From positions 18,246,819 through 18,310,818 of the forward strand of contig MU054323.1 in assembly GCA_013239625.1 (NCBI GenBank): DNA of 64,000 bases, read 5' to 3'. The DNA is from Lama guanicoe. Its lineage: Eukaryota. Below, piece after piece: positions 13,701 through 24,485 of this stretch (position 1 is the first letter of the stretch; each line of letters starts with the position of its first letter). The notes beneath the pieces are model-generated. The model did not search any database, had not been told where the DNA came from, and saw only the letters and a list, made by a program, of their open reading frames with translations. The translations under genes were made by a program, and so were the position numbers.

Positions 13701-14560
13701 TAGGCAAAACATTATCTGACATACATTTCAAAAATTTTCTCCTAGAAGAAATAAAAGCAAGAATAAACAAATGGGACCTAATGAAACTTACAAGCTTCTG
13801 CAGAGCAAAGGAAACCAGAAATAAAACAAGAAGAAAACCTACGGAATGGGAGAAAATTTTTGCAAGTGAAACCGACAAAGGCTTGATCTCCAAAATATAT
13901 AAGCAGCTCATACGACTCAATAAGAAAAAAATAAACAACCCAATCCAAAAATGGGCAGAAGACCTAAACAAGCAATTCTCCAAGGAAGACATACAAATGA
14001 TCAAAAAGCACATGAAAAAATGTTCAATATCACTAATTATCAGAGAAATGCAAATCAAAACTACAATGAGGTATCACCTCACACCAGTCAGAATGGCCGT
14101 CATTCAAAAATCCAAAAATGACAAATGCTGGAGAGGCTGTGGAGAAAGGGGAACCCTCCTACACTGCTGGTGGGAATGCAGTTTGGTGCAGCCACTATGG
14201 AAAACAGTGTGGAGATTCCTCAAAAGACTAGGAATAGACTTACCATATGACCCAGGAATCCCACTCCTGGGCTTGTATCCAGAAGGAAATCTACTTCAGG
14301 ATGACACCTGCACCCCAATGTTCATAGCAGCACTATTTACAATAGCCAAAACATGGAAACAGCCTAAATGTCCATCAACAGGTGACTGGATAAAGAAGAG
14401 GTGGTATATTTATACAATGGAATACTACTCAGCCATAAAAACCGACAACATAATGCCATTTGCAGCAACATGGATGCTCCTAGAGAATGTCATTCTAAGT
14501 GAAGTAAGCCAGAAAGAGAAAGAAAAATACCATATGAGATCGCTCATATGTGGAATCTAA
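10763..14560 (+). CDS. LINE-1 ORF2p (APE endonuclease, reverse transcriptase, Cys-rich C-terminus), uninterrupted, 1265 aa
   Basis: EN motifs TVNVNGL, IQETH, NIYAPN, GDFNT, SRIDH, TDHN. RT motifs [32 protein letters not shown]. Zn knuckle [21 protein letters not shown] start, no stops. Confidence 0.98.
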   Translation: MAINTHLSLITVNVNGLNAPVKRHRVADWIIKQEPSICCIQETHFREKDTYRLRVKGWKRIFHANGKAKKAGVAVLISDKIDFKTKAIKKDKEGHFIMIKGVIQDEDITLVNIYAPNIGAPKYIQELLTEIKGDIDGNTIIVGDFNTALTSLDRSSRQKINKATEKLNTTIEKLDLVDIFRALHPQKIEYTFFSSAHGTFSRIDHVLGHKRNLNKFKKIEIISSIFTDHNAMKLEINNRETKEKKRKAWRLNNMLLKKQWINEEIKAEIKKYLETNDNESTTTQNLWDTAKAVLRGKFIAIQAFLKKEEQSQINKLTHHLNQLEKEEQKAPKSSRRKEIIKIREELNTIEINKTIEKINQTKSWFFEKVNKIDKPLAKLTKKKKERAQISKIRKENGEITTNKIEIQNIIREYYEKLYGTKLDNLEEMDKFLETYCPPKLNQEETEHLNNPITRKEIEIAIKNLPTNKSPGPDGFTGEFYQTYKEELIPVLLKLFQTIEKEGILPNSFYEATITLIPKPGKDTTKKENYRPISLMNIDAKILTKILANRIQQHIKKIIHHDQVGFIPGTQGWFNIRKSINVIHHINKRKDKNHMIISIDAEKAFDKIQHPFMIKTLAKVGIEGTYLNIIKAIYDKPIASIVLNGEKLKSFPLKSGTRQGCPLSPLLFNIVLEVLATAIRQEKEIKGIQIGKEEVKVSLYADDMLLYIENPKRSTKKLLELIEEFSKVAGYKINVQKSVAFLYTNDKSTEKESKETIPFKIAPKVIKYLGINLTKEVKELYTENYKPLMKEIKEDFKKWKDIPCSWIGRINIVKMVTLPKAIYRFNAIPIQLPRTYFTELEQIIIKFIWNHQRPRIAKALLKRKKEAGGITLPDFRQYYRATVIKTAWYWYQNRHIDQWNRIESPEMNPQTFGQLIFDKGGKNIQWNKDSLFSKWCWENWTAACKTMKLEHTLTPYTKINSKWIKDLNIRQDTINLLEENIGKTLSDIHFKNFLLEEIKARINKWDLMKLTSFCRAKETRNKTRRKPTEWEKIFASETDKGLISKIYKQLIRLNKKKINNPIQKWAEDLNKQFSKEDIQMIKKHMKKCSISLIIREMQIKTTMRYHLTPVRMAVIQKSKNDKCWRGCGERGTLLHCWWECSLVQPLWKTVWRFLKRLGIDLPYDPGIPLLGLYPEGNLLQDDTCTPMFIAALFTIAKTWKQPKCPSTGDWIKKRWYIYTMEYYSAIKTDNIMPFAATWMLLENVILSEVSQKEKEKYHMRSLICGI

Positions 14561-14892
14561 AAAACAAAAACAAACAAACAAACAAAAACAAAGCATAAAT
14601 ACAGGACAGAAATAGACTCATGGACAGAGAATACAGACTTGTGGTTACCGGGGGGGTAGAGGGTGGGAAGGGATAGACTGGGATTTCAAAATTGTAGAAT
14701 AGATAAACAAGATTACACTGTATAGCACAGGGAAATATACACAAAATGTTATGATAAATCACAGAGAAAAAAATGTGACAATGAGTGTGTATATGTCCAT
14801 GAATGACTGAAAAATCGTGCTGAACACTGGAATTTGACACAACATTGTAAAATGATTATAAATCAATAAAAAATGTTAAAAAAAATGAGCAG

Positions 14893-17800
14893 GTAAAAAA
14901 GATATTTCATGCAAACGGAAGTGACAGAGTCGGGGTAACAATACTCATACCAGACAAAATAGGCTTTAAAATAAAGGCTATAACAAAAGACAAGGGCATT
15001 ATATAATGATAAAAGGATCAGTACAAGATGAAGATATTACACTCATTAACATATATGCATGAGAAATAGGAGCATCTAAATATGTAAAGCAAACACTAAC
15101 ATATATAAAGGGAGACACTGATAATACAGTAGGAGTAGGGGGTTTTAACATCTCACTCACATCAAGGGACAGATCATCCAGACAGAAAATCAGTAAGGCA
15201 GAAATGGTCTTAAATGACACAATAGTCTAGTTGAACTTAAGATACCCATAGTACACTACATCCCAAAACAGCAGAATACACATTGTTTTCAAGCGCATAT
15301 GAATTTTTTTTTCCAGAATAGATCACATGCTAGGCAACAAAACAAGTCTCAACAAAGAGGACAGAAATTATCTCAAGCATGTTTTCTGACAGTAGTATGA
15401 AACTAGAAATCAACTACAGAAAAGAAAAATAGGGGAAGGGCAAACACATGGAGACTCAACATGCTACTGAAAACCAAAAGGTCAATGGAGAAATCAAAGA
15501 GGAAATCAGAAAATACTTCAGGAAGAATGAAAATGGAAACACAACCTTACAAAATCTATGGGATGGATGCAGCAAAAGCTGTCTAAAAGGCAAGTTAATA
15601 CCAATACAAGCCTTCCTCAAGGAACAAGGAAATTCTCAAACAACATTAGAAGCAAGAACTATGAAAGTTCAAAATCAGCAGAAGAAAGGAAATAAAGATC
15701 AGAGAGGAAATAAATAAAATAGAGATGAGAAAAAACAATAGAAAAGATCAATGAAACCAAGAGTTGGTTTTTTTGAAAAGAGAAACAAGGGTTATAAACC
15801 TTTAGCCAGGCTCACCAAGAAGAGAGTGGATCCATATAAAACAGGAAAGGAAATAGGAGAAATAACCAACACCACTGAGGTACAAAAAATTGCAAGAATA
15901 CTATTAAAAAGTTACACGCCAACGAACTGCACAACCTAGAAGAAATGGACTAATATCTAGACACACACAACCTGTCACAACTGAATCAAGAACAACCTGA
16001 ACAGACTGACCAATGGTAGTACACTCAATTTGTGGGGGAAAAAGAAAACTCCCAGAAAACAAATTCTAGGACTGGATGGCTTCACTTAATTCTACCAAAA
16101 GTATATTTTAAAAAATCCCCTAATATTTATCCTTCTCAAACTATTCCAAAAAATTGAAGAGGACAGAACACTCCCAAATTTATTGTATGAGGCCACCATT
16201 ACCCTGATACCACAACCAGACAAACACCCTACAAAAAAATTAACAGGCCAGTATCTTTGATGAATACAGATGCAAAAATCATCAACAAAATTTTAGCCAA
16301 CCAAATCCAACAATACAAAAAAGGATCATACACCATGATTAAGTTGGATTTATTCCAATGAAACAAAGATGGTTCAACATTCGCAAATCAACCAATATGA
16401 TGTACCACATTAACAAAAGGAAGGATAAAAATCACATCTAGATATGAGATGATCATCTCAATAGATGCAGAAAAACCATTTGACAAAATATAACATCCAT
16501 TCATCATAAAAACTCTCAAAGTTGCTATGGATGTTATATCTCAACATAATAAAGACTATTTTTGGCAAACCCACAGTTAACATCATACTCAGTGCTGAAA
16601 AGCTGAAAGCCTTTCCTCTAAATTCAGAAACAAGACAAATATGGTTACTCTAGCTGATTCTATTTAACTTGGTATTCGAAGACCTAGTGACAACAGTTAG
16701 ACAAGAATAAAAGGCATCCAAATTGCAAAGGAAGAAGTAAAACTGACACTATTTGCAGATGACATGATTATTTAGAAAACCTTTAAGTTTCCACCCAAAG
16801 ACTATTAGAATTTGTAAGTGAATTCAGCATAGCTACAGGATTCAAGATTAATATACAGAAATCTATTGCTTTTCTATACACTAATAATGAACTATCAGAG
16901 AAAGTAAAAAGTACAATCCTGTTTAAAATGCCATCAAGAATAAAATACCTAGAAATAAACTTCACCAAGGAGGTGAAAGACCTATTCTCTGAAAACTACA
17001 AAACACTCATGAAGGAAGCTGAAGATGATACAAAGAAATGAAAAGATATCCCATGTCCTTGGATTAGAAGAATATTGTTAAAATGGCCATACTACCCAAA
17101 GCAATCTACAGATTGAATGCAATCCCTATCAAAATACCCATGACATTTTTCACGAAAGTAGAATAATCCTAAAATTCATATGGACCCACTAAAGACTCCA
17201 AATTGCCAAAGTAATCTTGAGAAAAAGAACAAAGGGATAGATACCACCCTCCCAGACCTCAGACTATACTACAGTGTTAGAGTAATCCAAACAGCATGGT
17301 ACTAGCACAAAAACACATCAATGGAACAGAACAGAGAGCCCAGAAATAAACTGATGCAACTATGGTCTTTAGTCTACAAAAAAAGAGGCAAGAATATACA
17401 ATGGGGAGAAGACAGTGTTTTCAATAAGTGGAGTTGGGAAAACTGTACAGCTACATGTAAAAGAATGCAATTAGAATATTCTCTAATACCACATACAAAA
17501 ATAAACTCAAAATGGATTAGAGACCTACATGGCAGACCTGAAACCATAAACTCCCAGAAGAGAACATAGGCAGAATATTTCTTGACAGAAGTCATAACAA
17601 CATTTTTAAAATATGTCTCTCAAAGCAAAAAAAAATTAAAGCAAAAATAGACAAATTAGACTTAATTTAAAAGCCTTTGCACAGTAAAGGAAACTATTAA
17701 CAAAAAGAAAAGACAACTGACAGAATTAGAGAAACTATTTGCAAACGATTAGGACCAATAAGGGGTTAATATCCAATATACACACACAACTCATACAATT

Positions 17801-18725
17801 CAATTTCAAAAAACAACCCAATCAAAAAATGGGCAGACAATCTGAATAGACATTTTTCCAAAGTTATACAGATGGCTAACAGCCACATGAAAAGATGCTC
17901 AACACTGCTAATTATTAGAGAAATGCAAGTAAAACCACAATGAGGTATCACCTCAAACCTGGCAGAATAGCCATCATCAGCAAGTCTACAAATAACAAAT
18001 GCTGGAGAGGGTGTGGAGAAAAGGGAACCCTCCTACACTGTTGGTGGGAATGTAAATTGGTGCAGACACAATGGAAAACAGTATGGGGGTTCCTTAAAAA
18101 GCTAAAAATAGAACTACCAGATGATCCAGCAATTCCACTCCTGGCATATATCTGAAGGAAAAGAAAATGCTACATTGAAAAGATACACACAGTCCAATGT
18201 TCACAGCAGTGCTATTTACAGTAGCCAAAGACATGGAAGCAACCAAAGTGCTCATCAACAGATAACTGGATACACACATACACACACACTGGAATATTAT
18301 TCACCCACATAAAAGAATGAAATTCTGCCATTTGCAGAAATGTGGGCAGGCCTAGAGAACATTACGCTTAGTGAAACAAGTCAGACAGAAAGACAAATAC
18401 TGTATGCTATCACTTATATGTGGAATCTAAAAAAATAATACAAATAAGTGTATATGCAAAGCAGAAACAGACTCACAGATACAGAAAACAAATCAGTGGT
18501 TACCAATGGGGAGTGGGAAGGGGGAGCAAATTTGGGATATGGGGTTAAGCAACACAAACTACCATGTATAAAATAGGTAAGAAACAAGGATATACTGTAT
18601 AGCACATGGAGTTACAACTATTATCTTGTAATAACTTTGAATGCAGTATTATCTGAAAAAATACTGACTGCTGTGTATGTGAAATTAATATATTATAAAT
18701 CAGTTATACTTCAATTTTCAAAAAT
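14893..18725 (+). mobile_element. L1 element A, 3' part (degenerate ORF2 and 3'UTR)
   Basis: Continues the EN domain (gtaaaaaagatatttcatgcaaacgga) immediately after B's TSD. Many frameshifts and stops. FADD at 16752-16763 and Zn knuckle [18 protein letters not shown] near 18000. End approximate. Confidence 0.93.
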
Positions 18726-19999
18726 TGGAGGAAAAATTGAAATAAGATTACTAAAAAATGATGGAAAGAAATTCACAATGTTTGTTTTCCTAATATTATT
18801 TTCCATGAGCTCTCTGTTCTAAACACACCAGACTACTTAGTGGTTCCTTTCATTCCACATTCTTTGCTTCAAAAATTTATATTCTGTGCACTTTCTCATA
18901 CCCAGTCTCACATGTCAAAATCTACTCAACCTTCAGGGCCTCAGTTAAAGTGCAGCTCTCCATGGGACTTCCCAGACACCCAATGGAAACAAGAGCGACC
19001 CTTTCTGAGCCACGACAGCACACGTCCTGATCTATGTCATTTCCTACTTCCTGGTGCACCTTTATTCACCTCAGCAAACTGCAAGCTCACTAGGGCAGAG
19101 ACTGCTTTCACCCTACGTATATCCAGCACTCGATATGATAATCTGGTACATAACTGATTTTTAACAAATAATTGGTTGAAAGAATTACTGGGTAAAAAGA
19201 CCTGAAGCATGAAATCACTTAGCCAATAGCTATTATAACCCTGGAGCATCTTGCCCAGTGTTTGTCCTCATCACAGGCCACATGGAGGCCTAGAGACTGA
19301 GGTCCGAACCAGCTCGTGACCCTCTATTGTGCTTATTAACACACAATATTTCAATTAATGTGAATATATCACTTATCCTTACATAGCTTATAAGAGGTAT
19401 TCAATAAAAGAAATTAAATGACAAAAATAATCTATTGTCATGAGAAAAAAGAACACTATAAAACAATGTAAAGTTCAGTGTATACAGTTAATATGTATAA
19501 ATATTCATTAAAATATTAACAGTGCTTATCTCTAGGTGGTAAGGTTATGAATAATTTATACTTTCATTTACTCACTGTCCTTATCAAGTTTGGCAAACAT
19601 GCACCCACTTTTTGATAAAGAGGGAAAAATTGACATGGCCTTGAAAAAGAAGATTCTGACTATGGTGAGATCAATTTTATTCAATAGTGTTCTTTAACTG
19701 AGGAAGAAATAGAGAAACCTCAGTCAACATGCTAGTCTTTGGTTCTACTCTCATCACACATGCCCCCGGCCCTTCAAGAAGGGTACAGTATGAGGGGGGG
19801 GGGAGTGGTCCAGATGGTGGAGAAGAAGGATGCTCTTAGCTCATCCTCTCCCACAAATACACCAAGAGACATCCATGGACACACCCATTCACTCAGAACA
19901 CCTGCTGAACTGTGACAGAACATTGCCTTCTTCAAAAGACAAAATTCATCACTAATCTGGTAGGAGAATAAAAGAAGAAAAAGGAAATTAGTGCGGGAT

Positions 20000-20900
20000 A
20001 TGCACCGCGGGGAGGGAGTAGCAAAGGAGGAATATGGCTCTTATGCTCGGGCTTCCCCTCTCCAACAGAGAGGTCAGCGGGGACGGAGGGGGACCTCCGA
20101 GGCTTGGATCTGCACAGCAGCCCTTGGCCGACAGAATTAAGTGAAACAGGCACAAAGGGTCCCTGCGACCCAGCCCTAGACGCGAGCTGGTGGGGGTGGG
20201 CCGGGACTGGCTGCCCGGGCCTGGAGGAGGACTGGGGCCGACTGTACACAGGCAACCTCAGGGCACTGGAGTGTGCTGTGCGCCGTGGCTGGGAGGGTAT
20301 ACAGATCAGAACAGACTGGGTCCCTAATGAAAGAGAGAAAGAAGGAAAAGCAAGCGAGCACCACTGCTGGTGCACTAGGGGAGGGCGCAGTGCTGCCTGG
20401 CCCGGCCTTTGTCTCCGCAGACCCGCGCTCTCCGGAGAAGGGAGGCGGGCTGAGGCCCCAGGCACCGTCTTCTCTGGTGCGCGGCCCGCAGGCGGAGGTG
20501 GGGTTGAAACCGGAATCTGTACCGGGGGGTTCCCCAATTTCATAGGCAGGACTGAGGTTTGTTTACAGCCACAGGCAGAGGGGACTGTTCTGCTCCATGG
20601 GTGCCTTTGTGGACACGTCTCTAAGACAAACGAGCAAGGAGCAGAGTTCCGGCACACAGCGGGGGCGGGGGCTGGCGCGGCCGTTTCTGTGCGCCCGCCT
20701 GCCCTGTGCAGACTCGGCGCTCGGAGCGGCACTGACCCCGTGCACGGCCAGCAGGCCCCTGGAACGAGCAGGTGCAGATGGCGGGGCGAGTGCTGGAGTA
20801 GCGTTTGGCACTGGGGCCTGCGCTGACCTGACAGCGCACCATGATCCAGGTGTGCGGCTCAGAAGTCGGCAGGACTGCACTGGTAGCCCTGAGGGCAGAG
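20000..20900 (+). promoter_or_regulatory. CpG-rich L1 5'UTR (internal promoter region) of element C
   Basis: Dense CpG and GC boxes (e.g. gcgggggcggggg at ~20659) directly visible. L1 5'UTRs are established internal Pol II promoters. Activity here is not shown. Confidence 0.55.
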
Positions 20901-22087
20901 AACCTGGAGGACACCAGAGCACTGACATTCCTCCAGCTAAAGCGGGGACAAGGGCAGAGTCAACAAAGAGCACTTAAAGCTCTCCAACCCCACCTACTGC
21001 AGCTCAGAAACGGGTCTGGGAGCCTCCATTCCAACAAGAGGGGAACAGACCCGACCCGTCAGGGCTGTGACAACCACAAAACAAAAAGAGGCCCCGCTCA
21101 ACAACCCGGGCAGGATATGGTCACCACAGCACCAGCCACAACCTCAATCAAAGGGATAACAGCCAACAACACAGAAAAAAGATGTGGCAACCATCCATAC
21201 TGAAGAGAGACCTCGTGACAAAATTATTAGGGGCACACAGTCTACACAGGAACACATCATTTTTTTAAAAAAAAAGTCCCTTCAAGACCACAGTAGACAA
21301 CTGATACTCCATAATCCATAGTGCCAGAGAGATATAAGTAAAATGAAGCAGAGGAACTACTCTCAATTAAAAGAATAAGAGAAATTCCCTGAAAGAACAA
21401 TCAATGAAATAGACCTCGCCTAGTCTACTAGATCCTGACTTCAAAAAGGGAGTGATCAAAGCACTGAAGGAACCAAAAGAGACTATGAACAGGGACAGAG
21501 ACTACTTCATAAAGGAAACTGAAACTATAAAGAGGAGCCAATTAAAAACAGAAAACTCAATGGCTGAGATAAGAGCCAAGCTAAAAGCAGTCAAAAGCAG
21601 ACTAGACAATGAAGAGGAACGAGTACGTGACTTAGAAGGCAGGGTAACAGAAGTCACCCAATCAGAAGGGAAGAATTCAACGACTAAATCCATTCTCTTG
21701 GATTTATACTCTTTTGTTCAGCAATCTGGGGTGAAATGGTAAGACTGAGGCTTGCTTGTCTTCCGTAAGCTCATGGCTTGGGTATGAAGATAAAGCTAAA
21801 AGACTGGGCATCTGGATGCACTGGATCAGTTTTGGTACAAGCAATGGGTGGAGAGAAATATAGGTGTCATTTTCCCTTACTTTTTTACTTTTAAATAATT
21901 TAAACCTTCCAGTAAAGTTGCAAGTGTTGTACAAAGAAGTATATACGATTCACCTGGGTTCTCCAATTGTTATCATTCTATCACTTTTTATTTTAATATT
22001 CTCTCCAGTTTTTTCCTAAACTATATAGCAAACATGCTGTCTCATTACTCATATTTTAGTATGTATTTCCTAAAACCAAGGACAATT

Positions 22088-22473
22088 TTAATGGATTTAA
22101 TGGTTTCCCTCAAATCTGTGTGTTGAATCCCCAATCCCCAGTGCGACTGCACTTGATAACACAGCCATTTAAGAAGGTGATTAAGATTAAATGAGGTCAT
22201 ACAGGTGGGACCCCAGTCCAATAGGACTGATTCCTTTACAAGAGGAGGAAGAGATAACAAGAGTGTCCATGCTCATTAAGGAAAGGCCTTGTTGAGGACA
22301 CTATAAGAAGGTGGATACCTACAAAACAGGAAGAGAAGTCTTACCAGAAATCAACCTGGCTGGCAACTTAATCTTGGACTTCTGACCTCTAGAACTGTGA
22401 GAAAATAAATTCCTGTTGCTCAAGGCACCCAGTCTGTAATATTTTGTTGTAACAGTCCTAGTAGACTAATACA
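22088..22473 (+). mobile_element. MaLR solo LTR (MLT1A/B-like) within the captured segment
   Basis: Characteristic taagattaaatgaggtcat...ccagtccaataggactg...cttggacttctgacctctagaactgtgagaaaataaattcctgttg...gactaataca. Confidence 0.8.
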
Positions 22474-23114
22474 CTCGACTATTACAACACAGCCATTAAA
22501 AGCAAGACATTATTAGTATTCATACAACACCACCATCTAATCCACAGACCCACTCAAAATTTCCAGTTGTCCCAACAATGTTCTTTATACCAAAAACAAA
22601 ACAAATAAGCCCAGCACATAAAACAAAAAAGAACTCCTCTTTTCTCCCTTTCGTTTCTAGTCCAGGATCTAATTCAGGATCATATAGTGATCTACTTGTC
22701 ATGTGTCTTAGTTATCTTTAATTTGGAACCATTCCTCAATACCTCATTATCTCTTATGATCTTAACATTTTCAGAGTTCTGGTCAGCTATCTCATATAAT
22801 TTCCCTCGATTTAGGTTCATTTTCTATTTTTGTATGATTAGATTAAGCATATGCACTTCTGGCCAGAATGCTATCTATTAATGATTATGTTAACTTTTAT
22901 CATTTGACTGAAATGATCTAAGCCAAGTTGCTCCACTTTAAAATTAACTGATATTTCTAATTTATCAATTAGTAAGTAATAACTATTTTATGGGGCAAAA
23001 CTTTGAGACTATGTATAAACCCTGTTTCTTCAGGCATTATCCATTAATTTTAGCATCTCCTGATGATCTTTCCTGAATCTATTAATACAAATAGTGATTT
23101 TCTAATCTATCATA

Positions 23115-23890
23115 GGAAATCTAAGCAAAGAAATGGAGGATATAAAAAATCAAATGGAAATTAGAGAAGTGAAAAATACATTAACCAATATAAAAGTCAC
23201 TAGAGAGGCCAATGAGTAGCATTCAGAATTACTCTCACAAGGCAAATATCTGAACTTGAAGACAGTAAAAATAACCCAATCTGAACAAAAGAGAGAAAAT
23301 AGACTGAAAAGAAATTAACAGATTCACAGGGACCTGTAGGAAAATAACAAAACATCTAACATTTGTATCAGCAGAGTCCCAAAGGAGAAGAGAAAAATGT
23401 GGGCATGGAATAGTTTTCAAAGAAATAATGGCAAAAAACATCCCACATTGGCAAAAGATACAAATTTGTAAGTACAAAAAGCTAAGTGAACCCCAAACAG
23501 AAATTCATACCAAGACACAACAGAAACAAACTTCTGAGAACTAAAGATAAAGGAAAACTCTCAAAAGTAGTAAAAGAGAAAAGATGAACTACTTATAAGG
23601 AAGAACAGTAGATATTTCAGTTGAAACAATGGAACCTAGAAGGAAGTGTCACATTTTCAAAGCAGTGAAAAGAAAAAACTATTACTCCAGATTTCTACAT
23701 CCAACAAAGCTGTCCTTCCAGAACAAAGGTGAAATCAAGACATTCTCAGATGAATGAAAATGAAGAGATTTTTGTTGCCAGTTTGACCTGATCTTAAAAA
23801 TTGCCAAAGGAAGTTCTTCAGGCAGAAGGGAAATGACACCAGAAGGAAACCTGAAATATCAGGAGTGAATAAAGAATAATAAAGGGACTA
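23115..23890 (+). mobile_element. Ancient L1 ORF1 remnant within the captured segment
   Basis: Highly degenerate ORF1-like sequence (gggacctgtagg, cagagtcccaaaggagaagag, gaaatcaagacattctcaga), far more diverged from B and C than they are from each other. Confidence 0.65.
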
Positions 23891-24386
23891 AACATGGAAT
23901 GCCACACAACTAATGTGACATTTCTTCTGATACTAGGACTTAAGAAGCATCACACCTTCTGCTTTCACTCTCTTGGAATCTTAAGGCCTCCAATTTGTGC
24001 AGATGTTCAAACTAGTTTACTAGAAGACGAGGCGGCCTCCTTGTAGCATGCACAATGATAGACAGCACCCACTTCTAGACAAGTGAGTAGGTTATTTTGG
24101 GTCTTCCATTTCCAGTTAAGCCATTTAAGTGATCCTAGGCAAGACAAGCAGGAAAATCACCATGATTTCTAAACCACAGAATTGAGAAATAATTCATCTT
24201 TGTTGTTTTGAGCCTGTTTTAAACAATTCTTGAGAAAATAAAGATAAGCCACAGACTATGAAAGTATTTCCAAAACACATATCTGATATAGAACTTATAT
24301 CGAAAACATATAAAGAATGCTGACAATTCAATAAGAAGCCACTCAGACCAATAAAGAAATAGGGAATATTTTTGTATTAATACTTC

Positions 24387-24485
24387 AACATAGAAAACAT
24401 AGAAAATAAATGAATGTCATAGAACATAGAAAATAAATGAATGTCAATAAATAGGAACACAGAAAATAAATGAATGTCAATAAAT
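24387..24485 (+). repeat. Three-copy local tandem duplication of AACA(T/C)AGAAAATAAATGAATGTCA
   Basis: Copies at 24396-24419, 24423-24446 and 24456-24479. Confidence 0.9.

Larger units (their letters stand above)
8076..14881 (+). mobile_element. L1 element B (young, near full-length, probably truncated inside the 5'UTR) inserted into ORF2 of element A
   Basis: Has a GC/CpG-rich 5'UTR, ORF1, ~400-bp spacer, intact ORF2, 3'UTR, AATAAA and a short A tail. An exact 11-bp TSD AAAATGAGCAG sits at 8065-8075 and 14882-14892, and element A resumes in register after it. Confidence 0.97.

Noticed and set aside
10639..14058. Hydrophobic minus-strand ORFs (202, 186, 118 aa and others) resembling membrane proteins
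   Set aside because: These are antisense shadows of the A-rich L1 ORF2.
5488..18742. Possible TSD for L1 A (aaaattagaaa / aaaattgaaa)
   Set aside because: Short, A-rich and gapped, so it cannot be distinguished from the tail or chance.
19932..20977. Long overlapping ORFs (266, 240, 136, 126 aa) in the 5'UTR of L1 C, considered as ORF0-like proteins
   Set aside because: The longest begin at GTG/TTG, have low-complexity Pro/Ala/Gly/Arg content and are open on both strands. That is expected for GC-rich, stop-poor sequence.
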